A DNA stretch of 64,000 nucleotides. It comes from Phoronis australis (Eukaryota; Animalia; Phoronida). Shown here piece by piece: positions 1 to 15,100 of the stretch. The number at the start of each line of letters is the position of its first letter. Position 1 is the first letter of the stretch. Made by a program: the position numbers and the translations under genes. The stretch lies in assembly GCA_002633005.1 (NCBI GenBank), contig NMRA01000004.1:238353-302352 (forward strand), written 5' to 3'. The notes under the pieces were generated by a model. That model did not search any database and was not told where the DNA came from. It saw only the letters and a program-made list of their open reading frames with translations.

Positions 1-164
1 GCCCACAAATCACTTATAAAGAGTAACTAAAGGAACAAGTCAAGACCAACTCTATAATTATGACTGACCTAAATCAAATAAGTTAATTCTTCACCAGAAG
101 ACATGCTTAGAGTTATTAACTTTTGAGAATTTTGCAACTCATCATGGGATGGTTGGGTACATAC

Positions 165-3100
165 TGCAATTTCCTCTGTGTCCAAGGCATCTTCCATCAT
201 CAAAGTCCTTCGATTATTTATGACTCCTCTCTAATGCAAAGACAATCAGTACATAATGAATTAAATGATGAAATCTACAGCGCACTCAGGACAAGACAAA
301 AGTAACTAGACAAAATACATCACAGCTAATTCTAATAACAACATAAATGACTGGTAAAGAACTATAAAGGCGGCAAAAATTCTAACTGCAGAATGGCTGA
401 GTCACCTAGGGCTTTCCTGTTCGTCTCCTTTCATTCTTGGCCAAAGACAATTCCAACAATGAATTAGGCTTCGCCTAACCATCATAAGAGGATCAAATTC
501 CAAAGTTATTATGTCTGGAAACTTTTGGCAAGCACTGTATCACTTATTCGTGGACAGGGGTGACCTGTACACTGTCTTGCAACTGATAGCTCTTTAGGAA
601 AGCCCTAAAATGGTATGTACTAGGCAAAACCCATTATTAGTTTTTTGTCTAGCCTTCAAGTCTACCAGCTTTAACAATTATAGTATTTTTAACTGGTAAG
701 AGATTTTTGTCATGAGTCCCACAATGGTACAGAGCCACGTAAATATCAATAGTATTAACATATTAAATTGACTTCAGCTCTGACCTATTCCATCACTCGT
801 ATGACCTACTTCCCATGAACAATTTATTATTCACGCGATCCCTTTTGTTTGGAGATCTGTCACTGCCATTGACACTTATGTTCATTTCTACATAATCATT
901 CATATTATTCAAAAACATCATCACCCACCCTCACAGCATAACCCATTATGTATTTATCTGTCGATATTCATTCATTGCTATGATGTATGACCTTATATTC
1001 TCATTTATGTTCCGAACATAAGGCAAGCAAGGCTTGCTTCACAGCTTAACTAGCTGCAGGAGTGCATCTCGCTGCCTTTTCAGAGTAAAACGCATGTAAA
1101 ACATGTTACGTAACAATAAGCGGTTTTAGGGATGCAAAATGAATTTTGGCATTATTGTTGAGTAAGATAGACTTCTTAAAGTTATTAGCTTTGACCGGAG
1201 CTATAAAGTAGAGAAAATTTGTTTTTTGTGATTATATTTGAAATCGCTGAATCCGGCCCAATGTTGGCCTCAAGTGATTAAGTACAGTTAAGCAAAATTG
1301 AAGCGGGTGATCTTATCAGCTAACCCAAAATACTCCGTATTACTTGCTGCATTGGCTTTTAGCATTAAATATATTAGCCAAGTGCCAGACTGCGACAGTT
1401 GAGGACGTGGGTTTGAACCCCTCTTGGGGCTGACCTCAAATACACTACATTGACATGGTGACAACTTGGATTGCTTTCTTTCTCACTATGAATATTACGT
1501 CAACAATTCTTGACAAATGATAATGATTGAACATTCCTTCATGACTATGTAAAACTTTAAAACAAATCATTTGACAGAACAATCACAATAATACAGAACA
1601 CAATATTACGAGATTCTATTTCTTATTTTTCCGTAAAATATACCGCGAAGCACTAAAGTAATCATATGGTTTTCCATGATCAAGGTTTGTACCATAGCTT
1701 CCAGAAGTTTAGTGAAAAAAAATTACAGGCATTCACAGCAATGTTAGCTTTTTTGTAACTGAAAAACAAGCAATTCTAAGAATATTTTTGTCCAGAAGTG
1801 GTGTAAGTGATTTAAGAAATTATAGAAAACTCTGAATAACATTTGTTCACTAGTTTCAATTACTGAACAAATAGATATTCATTACGCCACATCTTAAATG
1901 TCAATTGTCATATAGTGTTTGATTTTACTTTATTTCTGTTTCTGTTGACGAAGGACGTTATTATATCCAAAAATTTCAGTTGATCCATTCTTGTTGTTTT
2001 ATTTACCTATTTATATTGAACAAATAGAGACGTTCAAATAAGGCATCATAGAACAAAAACAATACCTCTATTGCCCAATACTCACCAGTTGGTCAATTTC
2101 ATCCCAATCATCGTCAGAGTAAAAATCATCTGCTTTACTGGAACTGGACTGCAGAGATCAGAGGAACATTTAAGATAAATGATGTGCGAGTACATTTGAC
2201 CTCAATGGGAGACTTTCAGGAAACAATGGGAACTGATCACGAGATCGGCAACTCGTATCGCCACCTAGCTGTACCAGGAGGTACCGCTTCTTTGCTGCAG
2301 GTGAAAAGGCCAGTATACAATGCATACGATGAGACATGGTGCCCTTAAAACAAAAGTGAAATTGCCTCCTTATCCTCCAGAGGTCACAAGTATCCAGTCC
2401 CACATGACCTGTTGCCATGTTTCTATTTGAAAGTCATGAAATGTTATAAAAGGCTTTCAGCCAGGCAAAGTTTTTTCTTCAAATAAAAACAGCAATAAAA
2501 CATCATCACTTTGCAAAGTATTTCAAAGTATGAAGGAAAATAACTTAAAGACTACAATTTTATTACCATTTACTAGTTATCATGAGGCAATCATAACACA
2601 AAATTTCGGAATGAGACATACACCCAATATTTAATGAATATACCCAAGCAATAACAAGATGACACTAATATACTCAATGCCCCCCCCCCAACAATTACTT
2701 CCTAAATAAACACCCAACAGTATGCTTGTGTGCTCCTGTTGTTACCTGCATCTGGAGACACACAATGATGTAGCTGACCACACAGTCTGGTTACATGAAC
2801 AAGTCATGACAAGAATCCTACGTGGACACCCAAAACGGTCGAGACTGGGCAACTCGATCAGTTTGCCTACCTCAGGAATTGCCAGTTCAGATCAAAGACC
2901 TCATGCTGTTGTGGTTAGTTAAATTGCCTCAAGCTGCTGATGTTATCGTTTTTAGATAATCAGACTCACCACAAACACACTGGGGTTGACGAATTTCTTT
3001 TTAATTTTTCAATTTGAAAGATTTTCAATAGCATATTTGAATTGATCATGAAAAGTAGATGTTGTTTGATTTTTGAATTTTTAAAATTGGATAAGAAATG

Positions 3101-6100
3101 TTAATTTTAGCCTGTAAATTTTAACTAAATGTTGCCCACAGAGCACGCGCATGTAGTCCAGCCAGTATTCTGTGCCTCATTAATTCTGTGGGGTGTGCAA
3201 CATATAGGCCCATTGCCAAACCAGCAGGGAGCCTTGGATTTTGAGGTAGGCTAAGTGTCATGGTACGATTCTTGGCATGGTGTATTTCCATTTAATTCAG
3301 ACTAAATGTTAACTGAAGGTTACTTATGACCATCAAGATATGTTTAATGTTACAAACAAATGACACCTACTTTTACTCCAGTATAAACTTCACGTGACTC
3401 ATCATCAGACTGATAGTCAGCCTTTCCAGACAGTTCTCGCCGTTTTGACTAAATAATGGGAAACATATATGCCATCAGGGCAAGTGCCATTAAAATAACT
3501 AATGAATTTCAAAAAATACTATTGCTTTGGCGATTAGTTGCGAATAATAACACTCAAAGATGAGTTTTCTGATCGAGACAACTTTGATGATCATCAGTTG
3601 ATAGTTACTTCATCAATAAAACTGACAGTACGGAGATTCTTTGAGGATTTATCACAAAATATGGAGCTTGAAGAACAACGTGATCTTCTATTTTGTCAAA
3701 CATTCTGAATAAAAATAACCATCTGAAGATTTATTCCACCCTCAGCATGCCCCTACCACACAGGTGTCATTAAATAGCATCTGGTAAACTTATGAAAGAA
3801 AGTACTATCAATTTTGTGAATATTTTTTGTGCACAACTGAATTAGTCACAAAAACTAGACAATGTTAATATATTAAGTAAGTTATATTAAGTGTGTTTTA
3901 TATCAATGTACCTGTTTCATCAAATACTTAACACATACCTGATCATCATACTCTCTGTCACCATTTTCATCTTGGCGCTCACGATGTTCACGTGGCTCTT
4001 GCTGGGAAATTTAGAAATGCGGGATTAGTCCTACACACTTGTCAGTACGTCTCCCCAATCCATTACTATGACCAAGATCAGTTTTGTCTGCGATATTATT
4101 GATGTGCACGCACATGCGTATACATAATAAATGTGTCAAAGAAAAAGGGAACATAAAGTTGTGCACAAATGTAACGCTAGCGCTGTACAAAGTGGAAAAA
4201 TTGAGAAATGATTACCAGCATTTCAGTCATTCTATTCATCTTGTGAACTAGCAGTGTTGGCTTTTCGTGTAATAAAATAGCTAATAAAATTTGTAAAACC
4301 TACTCTTTCATCAGTTTCTTCTCGATAATCATCAGGTGGAGTATCACTCTTTCGTTGTCGTGGCTTGCGTCGACTTGGCTAACAATGTTAAATTTAATTG
4401 TAATGCACACAGATAGGAAGTGAATTACACACTACCAGATCTTTTACCTTTTCAATGACATAAATTAAGGTTTGTTGACTAGTATTTCTGAATATCTTTC
4501 CTCATTTCGGAAGCTAACATTCAGTTAATTGAAATGTGAAACCCTTTTATCCAGGCCAAAAAGATCTTCAATGTTTTGAATACTGATTAAGTAAATATAA
4601 TTTCCAAAACATGAGCAATAAAGACCTGTCTAAGAAGGCTTACATTATTACAGAGTGAAAACTGCAATCAATCAAACACCTCTGGAGAATTAACATTGCA
4701 TAAATGGTTCAAGCAGTTTTCGCAAATGTTAAACCAGATGAAAAATAAAATTTTAGCATATGAGAATTAGTTACACAATTAGCCTAATTTTAGTTTGCAT
4801 TTTTGATGAGAAGAAATTTTATTAACATTTTTGAAAACTGCTAGTTGAACAACACAAGATATTTTATTTCACATTTGTTGTGATACTTCCAAACTTGAAT
4901 ATAGACAATTGCTCAAGAACTGATTTTAGGTCTAAAGTCATTGAAAGTTTGCTGGTGATGTGACACCTTGAAAAATGTTCGGTCATTTAAAAGTTCAAAA
5001 AATAGTTAACATACTCTATCCTCAGTATCATCTTCATATTCATAGTCATCAGGTTCAACCCTTCTACGAGGTTTGCGGCGTCTTGGCTACCAAACAGTAA
5101 ACAGAAATTGAACTCGGTCTTTTCTAAAACTTGTGACACGTATATGAACTAAAACATATCCGAGATAATTTCTTTTCGACTACATGCAAGAATTTTCATA
5201 TCAAAGAATTAACCTCTAGTACTTGTCATCATTTCATATACTGTCGTAGTAAATTTGCCAGAAAATAATGTTCATGTTTAACTTTGTTAAGCTCTCAATG
5301 CTCAATGATGCTCACCAGAAGATAGATAGAAAAAACCTTAGGCAACATACTCTGTCTTCAGGGTCCTCTTCATATTCATAGTCATCAGGTTCAACCCTTC
5401 TACGAGGTTTGCGTTGTCTAGGCTATCAAACAGTAAACAGAAATGAGTTATGCCATTCATCGTAGTTCTTTGTTTTGATAGCATTAAAGAATTTTGAATT
5501 TATCATCTCAAATAATAAATCTAGTACTTGACATTATCTCATATACCGTCATGGTAAATCAGCAAGTAAATAACTTTCATGTTAATCTTTGTTAAGCTCT
5601 CAGTCACTTGATGCTCATGAGATGATAGCTAGTAAAAAAATCTCATACTCTGTCCTCAGTGTCTTCTTCATATTTATAGTCATCAGGTTCAACCCTCCTA
5701 CGAGGTTTGCGTTGTCTTGGCTATCAGACAGTAAACAAAAATTGACCTATGCCACACATAAGCATTAAAATATTCCAAGGGTCCGCTTCACCAAAGTGAC
5801 TTCAGACTTAAGACAGAAATTTGGTCTTACCCTCCCACTTCAAAATTGCTGACTAAAGATTTAGTTTAGTAATTCTGCGTGAATAAAATTATTTTTCCGA
5901 AACTGTTACGTGCAGCATAAGACCTAATTTCTGTCTTGAGTCTTAAATCACTTTCCATGAAAGAGACCCCAAAGGAAGTTCTTTATTTTGATACCATGAA
6001 AGAATTATATAATTATCATCTCAAAGAATTAACTCCTATTACTTGACATCATCTCGTATACCATCATGGTAAATTTGCTGGAAAATAACTTTCATGATAA

Positions 6101-9100
6101 CCTTTGTTAAGCTCTAAATCATTTGATGTTCATTAGAAGACAGTAAAATCTTAGGCAACATACTCTGTCCTCAATGTCTTCTTCATATTCATAGTCATCA
6201 GGTTCAACCCTTCTACGAGGTTTGCGTTGTCTTGGCTATGAGACAGCAAACAAAAATTGAGCTATGCCAAGACGTGTCACACATAAAGTACTAGAATATG
6301 TCAAGCGAATTTAACTTATTTTAATTCAGTTTCCCATTCTGATAGCATGCAAGAATTAAGCAATTATCATCTCACAGAATTAACCCCTCAGTATTTAACA
6401 TCATCTCATATTCTGTCGTGAAAAATTTGCCGGTAAATAATTTAGTTTTTACAATTAGTTAAGCACTCAGTCATTTGGTTATCATTACATGGTAAAGAAC
6501 TCTTAGACAACATACTCTATCCCCAGTGTCTTCTTCATAATCCTCGTCATCAGGTTCAACCCTACTGCGAGGTTTGCGTCGCCTTGGCTATCAAACAGTG
6601 AGCAGCAAATGAACTAAGAGTTATAACACATAGTTGCATAGTTCCTTGTCTGGATGGCAAGCAAAAATTGTGTAATGATAAAGAATTAATCCTAAGCACT
6701 TGGCATCTTGTCTGATCTCTCATTGCAAATTATCCAGTAAATAAGTTAAATTTTAATGTTAAATTAAGCTGTCTGTCATTTCATGGTCAATAGATAACAA
6801 CACAGAGTTTTGTACAACATAAGCTGTCCACAGCCTCTTCTTCATATTCATAGCCACCAAGTTGAGATTCAACGCTTTTGCTGGGTTTGCAATGCCTAGG
6901 CTAACGAATAGGAAATTGAAACTGAACTTTGCAAAACATTTCTAAGACTTGACTGGTAAATGTAGTAAGTAAACAGAAGAGACGTTACCTTTAAAAGTAC
7001 TCATTTTGACAACATGGACAGAAACTTCTTTATGAAGTAACAACATTCACTAATAGTGCATTTAGTGTAAGTGAATCATTCCAGATGTTTGCAGTGAATA
7101 ATTTTTATGTTAAATTTTGTTAACATCTCAATGCTTCAACATTCAGCGCACGACAACAAATGTTGTACAACATACTCTGCCCTCAGCATCTTCTTCATCA
7201 TAGTCATCACGTTGATGAGCGACTTTTTCAAGAGGTTTGTGACATCTCGGCCAACAAGTAGGAAATTAAAAGTGAACTATGCATTTCCCATGGTATTCCT
7301 AAGTCTTAGCCCAAAAACAAATTAGGATCATAGAGGTTACACATGAACAAATGCCACTCATTTTGACTGCCTTGAACAAAACATCTTGAGAATAAAATAA
7401 TCTCATGCACTTAACATTACGTATGTCCAGAATAAATGCTACGGCAAACTCCCACAAAGTGGAGGACACGTTTTTACAAAAGATAAGTTACATCAAATAA
7501 TGCTTTATCATTTCAAAGTGATACATAATTGCTGCCACCAGACAAACTGTGGCCATGCACAACAATGCACTTTATAGAAAAGCTTTTGAACACTGAAAAA
7601 GGTTCAAATTTTACTGAAATTGATGAGATTTGGCCATACAATGCCTGTGCATGACCTCAGTGTCAAAATTTATTAAATTTTATATTAGGCTCAATATATG
7701 ATGAAGAACTTTGTGCAAAATAATTCTGTCCTTCATCTCTTCTAGTTCACAATATTCAGTCATCACTCAGAGGTTTCACATCCAACCTTTAGCTAGGTTT
7801 GCATTGCCTTGAAAACAAATGGATATGTTTGCATACCACTAGCAAGTGCAGAATGCGAAGCTACAATTCATTTTGTAATCCACTTCAGTGTGGAATAATC
7901 TTTCATTTGTGCAAAGATAATACTAACTTCAAACAGTGTAACAAGTTTAAAAAGTTAATAATTTGACTTTCAAGGAGTATTATTACTCATGATGTAATTT
8001 ATTCTGTGGGAGTCACCACAACAGTATAGCAGTCATTCAAAAATCTAAAACACACATACTTTTTCTTGATCTTCTTCATAATCGGCTCCCTCTTGTGCGC
8101 GAGGCTCGCCAGTCTTACTCAATTTAGGCTAACAACAATAAATAAAGATACAGCATTTGTACAACAGTCGTCATATATTTGGAGCAAAATCTTATTAGAA
8201 CACTCACACATACATTTAAACGAAGTGCCTGTATATTGTGCAAGCCTGGAGTGAAATTTATGTCTTGGGCAAAAACGATACGTGAGCGTATAAAAAATTA
8301 TTACTGGTGCATAAACTTAACAGATTACACCCTGACTACACATAATATATTACTATGATTTAAGCATAGTGCATCGGAATTCAAACATCGGAAACCGACG
8401 TAACAACATGACCATCTACCCAGTTGGGCACAGCAAATGTAACTAAACCAGTTCATAATGTAAACAATACTACATACTGGCCCTTTACCAGACTTGTCTT
8501 CGTGAACTGTCTCTGGAATTACTGTTTCACCAAATGACACAACCTTCTCAGCCGATCTTTTCTTCTTCTGATATAAAGCAATTATGCGTAAACATAAGCC
8601 TGACACAGCCACTTAAATGTGCTAAATTGTTTTTCTAACAGTCATATCATAGACAAGATGGTACACAATGGCATTTTGAACCATTCGTCTTAAGGTTTCA
8701 ATGACTTAGATTTTGCTAATCAGAAAAATCATTTCTAAATGTTAAAATAACATCAATGCACAGTTCACAAATTTTCTTCCACTTTAAAGAAATGTACCAA
8801 AAATGGTTGCGATTTTAGAGTAACCTGACTAGATATCAACCATAACACTGGTACATTGCTAAACAAGTGTCCAAATAACTGCATATCATTAACAGTATTT
8901 TATAATAGATATCTATAAAGTCGAACTGCAAAATCATTTGACATACTCCAAAAGTTTCAGGGAAACTATTTGAAATTGCTTAATGACCGCAACTATGGAC
9001 TACCATCTCAATAGCATCAGTAAGGCCCATAGCGCTACATACATTACAGTGTGACAACTATAAAACCATTTGAGCATGATGATGTTGCCAGAATATAATA

Positions 9101-12100
9101 AGACTGCATTCAAAATTTCTACTCTGAAAAACCCTGTAAAAGTAAAAATTTTGATGTCACTCATTCTTGGTCCATGGGTCAACTGCAACTGAACCTGTAC
9201 GATCACTACACTATCAACACTCAATCAAAAGCCCATACTTTTTGCCTCTCTTCCTCCTGGCCAGTGGGAGATTCTGACGACAGTTCAGGAGGTTGTCTAC
9301 GCTTTCGCTTCTGATACTAAATAATATGAACATATTGTAATGTGAACAATGAATAGCTACTTAAACTTTTTTTGCTCTTTGGTCAAAACTATTAATAGAA
9401 CTCCAAACAGGCTTAGCTGTTGAATATTATACTATTTTGCCCGAGTGCTCCATATTGTCAAAGTGGACGAGATACATGCCATTACTATGCGGGATTCGTT
9501 GAATCGTTTTTAGATGTTCTTATGCATTTTGCACTAAACAAAAGGCATTTATTTAATAAGAATTATTTTCATGAAGTTTTCTAACCCTCAACTAATACTT
9601 CTTTTAGCTGAAATTTGATAGACTAGATCATACGACCAAGAAATCCACATGACAGGAAAACTCGCGAACTACAAGTAAAATGTGCACACACGCATGTCGA
9701 AATATGACCATGTAGGTTTTCACAAGCAATAACAAGTTGAGCGTGATGTTATCCATCCAAACTCAAATTTGGAACTAGTCCATTTTACCGTGAGGCGTGA
9801 AACTTTAAGGGAAGTCCTGCTGTTTAAGTAGAGGGCAAAACCCAAAAATATTGCATGCTCTAGCATAAAATGGGTCATATTAACCATAGACTTTGTCACA
9901 TATGTAAAACTTATAGGTAATCACAAAAACAGCCTACTTCTGTGGCATCATCCCCGTCTTCCGCTTCATCTCCTGCCATCTCGGCTGATTCCGTCAACCT
10001 AAGGGAACTGCCACGCTTCGGTTTGCCACGTGTCTTCTGAGACATTCAAGACAAAGTTTTCGACAAAGGTTGGACTAAATTTCAATGAAGTTTATCATCT
10101 CAGTGAAGACTATTACACATCAACATTAAAATCAGCTACATCTAGTGTTGCTAACAAGAACTATAATGAGCTTTACAGTGTGTTATTTTTATTTGCTGAG
10201 AAGTTAATAGCAATGAGAGCATGAGCAGTAAGCCCATAATTATATATCATGTGTTATTTTCAACGATATATCTTGAGCAATCACTGCTACAAAATGTTTT
10301 ACTTATCTCATTTTGTACATTAGTTTACAAGTTTTAGACATCACTTGGGCAGTGCTGGAAAGGTAGCACCAGCCAAAAACCTTAGCTACAAAATAACGCA
10401 AAAACAAAAGACAACAGCATACAACCTACCATCGGTAGTGTATACTAATAACAGAGAAAAGACACGTACAGTGGTCTGTGGATCTTGGTCGCTAGTCGAT
10501 GATGATGCTGGTTTCGGTTTGGGTGGTCGCTTCTTCCGCTGTCGACGTCAACAGAGTAGAGTTTGAAAGCACAGAAGACAAGAACTAAGAGAAGAATAAA
10601 GGAGCACAGCAACAGAGGAGAAGAGGGGTGTTCACCAGAGACTATAGAGTATGATTGGAAGATAACAGGGTCATCCCTTCTATCTGACAGTGTATTTGGC
10701 AACAATCTCAGAAAGATTGCAAAAATTCGGCAATTTAGAGAGTATGGGTGTCCTCAGCCTCTGGCAAAGTGCCCCAAGAGTACACAAATTGCAATCTTGG
10801 TTTATCTGCAGTAAAACACTATGGCAAACTCTATAGCATATTTTGAAATCAAATTTCCTTTTTGCGCTGTCTTTGAAACAAAGCTTGCATTTCCTTTGAA
10901 TTAATCTTAGTCCAAAATTATTCACTTCAAGGTTAAATTTGTTCACAATTCTGCCTGTGGGGAAAAATTATAAAAGCCCTCACAATGATGAGGAATTAAA
11001 CTACAAATTTGAAAATTAGAAACAAAGATTTTCTGAAATTACTGCAGTTAATCTCATAGATTGCATTATGGCAGAAAATTTGAAAAGGCTCTCTCTCTCT
11101 CAGCATTCCACATACAATCACCCTGTAACCACAGCTTCTGACAAAGAATGCATTTCATAAAAACCCATTTACTCCACCTTTCAAAGCCATCACAAATTCC
11201 TCCAGACATGCAGCTAAATTAACAGACTCAGCTACGCTCACACAAACAACACCCCTACCATCTCTGGTTTTTCTGTCTGCGTTGAGAACTCGACCACGAT
11301 TCGCTCCTGCGACCGTCCAATATCTTCTCGAATGCCAGCCAGAGACTTCTCAAGACCCTCCCAAGTGACGACCTCTTCAGGCAAGGGGTACTGAATGAGC
11401 AATTCGTTCATGGTATTCTGAAATGAACACGCAAAATGTAACTATAACATCAACGTGCCAATACTATAACATCGCCATGACTAAATGATAACAATCATCA
11501 ACTGATGGCTGTACTGGTGACTGAGTCAACTATGGGGCAATAAACCTAAGCCAAGATGAGCACACAATTTACTCTAAAATTCATTAAAATCAAAAATCTT
11601 CAGACTATCACAAACTTTATATAGCAAAACATTTATAAAGCAAACACTTGTGCTTTTTGCACCTAGTTAACAAACCTTTAACAATTCTTTCAGTAAGAAA
11701 GTAAATGTGCAAGTTGTGAATCAAAAACAAAAATTAGTTAAAATGGCCATATTTCAATTTAGTATGATAAACTTTTTAAATTGTTTCATACCAACTGATC
11801 ATCAAGCTGCTTCATTCTTTCATTCAGAGCACCAAGATCCAGCTGAAACACAATCCATAGAATTACACAATAGAACACTTTTGCAATAACACTTGAGGCA
11901 TGCAGTTGTTCATGACGTTATAAGTTGCACGAGATGCTGAAAATAAAACAAAATTCATTTGATATTACTCAACTTTGTGTTTATGACAAGTAAGAAAATG
12001 ACGAACCAGTTGAAAGTATACATTCATTATAGAAGTATTTTGTGAGAAAGAGGAAAGGACAACATAAGAAAGAGATTCCCAGTTTTAGATCTGTCTCATT

Positions 12101-15100
12101 CTTTATCTGTAAAATGAAACTTTCAATTGCTTGGGTAACCTTTACTAGTAAAGGAATTACCGTAATCGTTCGGGTTAACGCTCATGCTCAGTTAACCGCC
12201 CACCCCCTACTTTAGGTGGATTTTCGATTTAACCGCCCACTGCTCAGTTAAGCGCCCCCCTACGATTTTTGAAGATTTCCAGTTAAGCGCCCACCTCTCG
12301 GTTAAGCGCCCATCCCGGACTTTTAAAGAATGAAGATTTAGCGCCCAGTGCTAAGGAAATGGTGATTCCCCGACTTTTACAAAAAGATCGATGATCACAA
12401 TGAGCGTAACAACGCCGGGCCTTCAAGACGGTGGTCTAGCAATGTGAATTACAATACAAGTAAGGAGTTATTGTCTTGGGCCATGGACTCACTTCAAAAT
12501 ATAATACTTGAACGTTTTTGTCACTTTATTTTCTTCCCATGTTTACAAAGCTTAAGAACGCCGCTGGCGTCAAAACCTCCGCTTTCAGCGACTTTGTCTG
12601 CCGCACTGAGTTTCGGTCTGCAGTGCACTAGATAAAATATATATTCGAAAAAATCAGGCCAGACAAATGTGACAATGGTTTTGCCAACCCTCCAAATTCT
12701 CTTAAGGTGGGAAGCTCTCGTATTTTGAAGAAATCTCACAACTCACGGAAAGATTTCAANCGGTAAGTGTTTAGCTCTTGAATGAGGTGACATCTGTGGA
12801 TAGAATCAGGTATCCAATCACCCCACAATGTAAAGTCAGCTAACTCCCCTCACAATGTTCTCGTCAGAAAGTTTTGAAGATGACGTACACGAAAATACAC
12901 AAGACTCATGAGTTGCTGCAATAACAAATAATCACTCCCCTCGATGGCGAGGAACACAATTAGCGTATTAGGTAAGTAAAGCAAGTTTATCTAAATTATT
13001 AACTTAATAATGATGCAATTTAATAATTATATAATGGGCATAATTTTCAGTATTCTTCATTATAATTAATTCAGAAGTCCCGGCTGGAATGTTCCATCAT
13101 ATCACGTGTGAATGCTTTATGTTTTAAAGCTGAGATGCTCAACATTAAGTTCACAACAGTCACTTACAGCTACAAGCTGACTTCGTGAGGAAAAAGATAT
13201 CTTAAAGTTGATATTTGCAAGAGCCTGGGTGACTCCCACAGAAGAAATACACAGGAGATGATGCTCAAATGGGTGACCTTTTCACCATTAGCTTCCCTAC
13301 AAAGGCCACCCTTTCCAACAAAATTCTATACAAAAAGGTTAAAAAAAACAGCTTAGCCCTGAAGAATTGCCACAAAAATGTTTCTGTAATTTTTAAAAAA
13401 TGGTGTTCAAAACTGAACAGTAAGAAAAGGTGACTTTTTCATGGAAGTTCCCTAAAAATGGGTCCCTTTTAGTCCAATCTCTATTTTGGGTGGGTATTCC
13501 AATTTTCCTGCTAAAGTCAAAAATATAGTACCCACAGGGTGATGCGATCATTGCCTTGTGATGCAAGAATGTCGAGATTATTTGCACCCAGTCATTACAT
13601 CTTCAGCAAACTGTCTCATGAGTTCATTAGCTTACCTTGTAAATTTTTTATGCGTACGAGACAAAACGCACAATTCATCTTAAAGGACAAATTATTTGTT
13701 CACTGTCACTTATACACATCCATGAGATTGAAATCAATTCACTCAATTATTCCTAAGAGTCAACAAAATTAATAATTCACTATTAATTGAACTCGTCAAA
13801 AGAAGATCAGCAACTCAAATCTAAATGCCCACGCAGTTACCATAGCAGCACCCAGAACTTACCCATTCATTACCTAATAAGGACATGTCAAATCAATCAA
13901 CGGGGTTTTAACACCTGACAATGAGTGCAAACACAAAAGAAATTGAATATATCATATAAATTTTTAGAATAGAATGGATTGCTTAAATGGTATATCATCA
14001 GATGGACATATCTTGTCAAGCAGATTTGATGCGTTAATGGTTTTAAACTGAGCATTGGTGAATCGTAATATTACTTTTGCTAAAAGACTGTCCGACTCCC
14101 AGGTGCAAATATGCCAAGACCCCTGACCTTCCCTGACGTCCCTTAATCAGAACATCCCTTAGTCAGGACATCCCTTTAAGTCAGGATGTCCATCGATCAG
14201 GACATCCCTTTAAGTCAGGACGTCCCTCAATCAGGATATCTCTTCAGTCAGGATGTCTATCAGTCGGGATGTTCCTTAAACAAGACATCCCTTAGTCAAG
14301 TTGAATTGCACGTAAAACGTGCTTTGACAGATTCGGATTGTTTGTACATTAATGACAGAAAATCTAACTGAAAACAGATATTTGCTTACAATGCACATTA
14401 AACTTCAAAAATGTGTCAACAGTGTCTTTTGTTAGTATTAGCAGCTACTTTTTTCTAGTTTATGGTATTGTATTAGCAGCTACTTTTTTCTAGTTTATGG
14501 TATTGTTAATCAAAGACTAACCACTGAGCAAGTTGTAATTTGACAGGGAGTTCTTCAAATAGAAAGCTATGGTGTGGCCAAATAATAGGGATCTTAGAAT
14601 GGGAAACAATTTATTACTTTACATTTTCAATTCTAGAACACTCAGCCACGGGTTAAATGTAAAGATGTTTGGGTTGCTGGAGAAGAAGGGATCGATATTA
14701 ATCGTCATCAACAGAACTTACTGCATCCTGACAGGAAGGTCTTGGCATGGATGATTCACAAATTGTCTACAACATCAGATTTTCTGAGTTACAACAGGTG
14801 GCATGACGTAATAATAAAAAGGAGAATATGAAAAAATAAAGTAGAACTATAATTTCCTTTCTTATCTTACTTTGTTTATGTAAATGATATATTTTAAAAT
14901 ACTGTTGATGATTGTTGAGATGCCACTGTACAAAGCACGCACAGAACTTGCTATTGTGATGGACTTGCTGTCTGGACATCTTCTGAAATGTTCTTGTTGG
15001 ATGTTTTTGTAACACATGTTGACCAAATAGATGTTATCCTGAACTTTGTCACTTCTGCAAGGTTCTGTCCTGATTGATACAAAAATACTTCAGAACTGTT

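Noticed and set aside
1375-1440. tRNA gene (GGTTTGAACCC B-box-like)
   Set aside because: No convincing cloverleaf; at most a decayed tRNA-derived SINE head.
2170-2418. 82-aa ORF as an exon of the QRICH2-like gene
   Set aside because: Phase-0 reading from the nearby AG hits a stop; the supported exon is 2148-2086.
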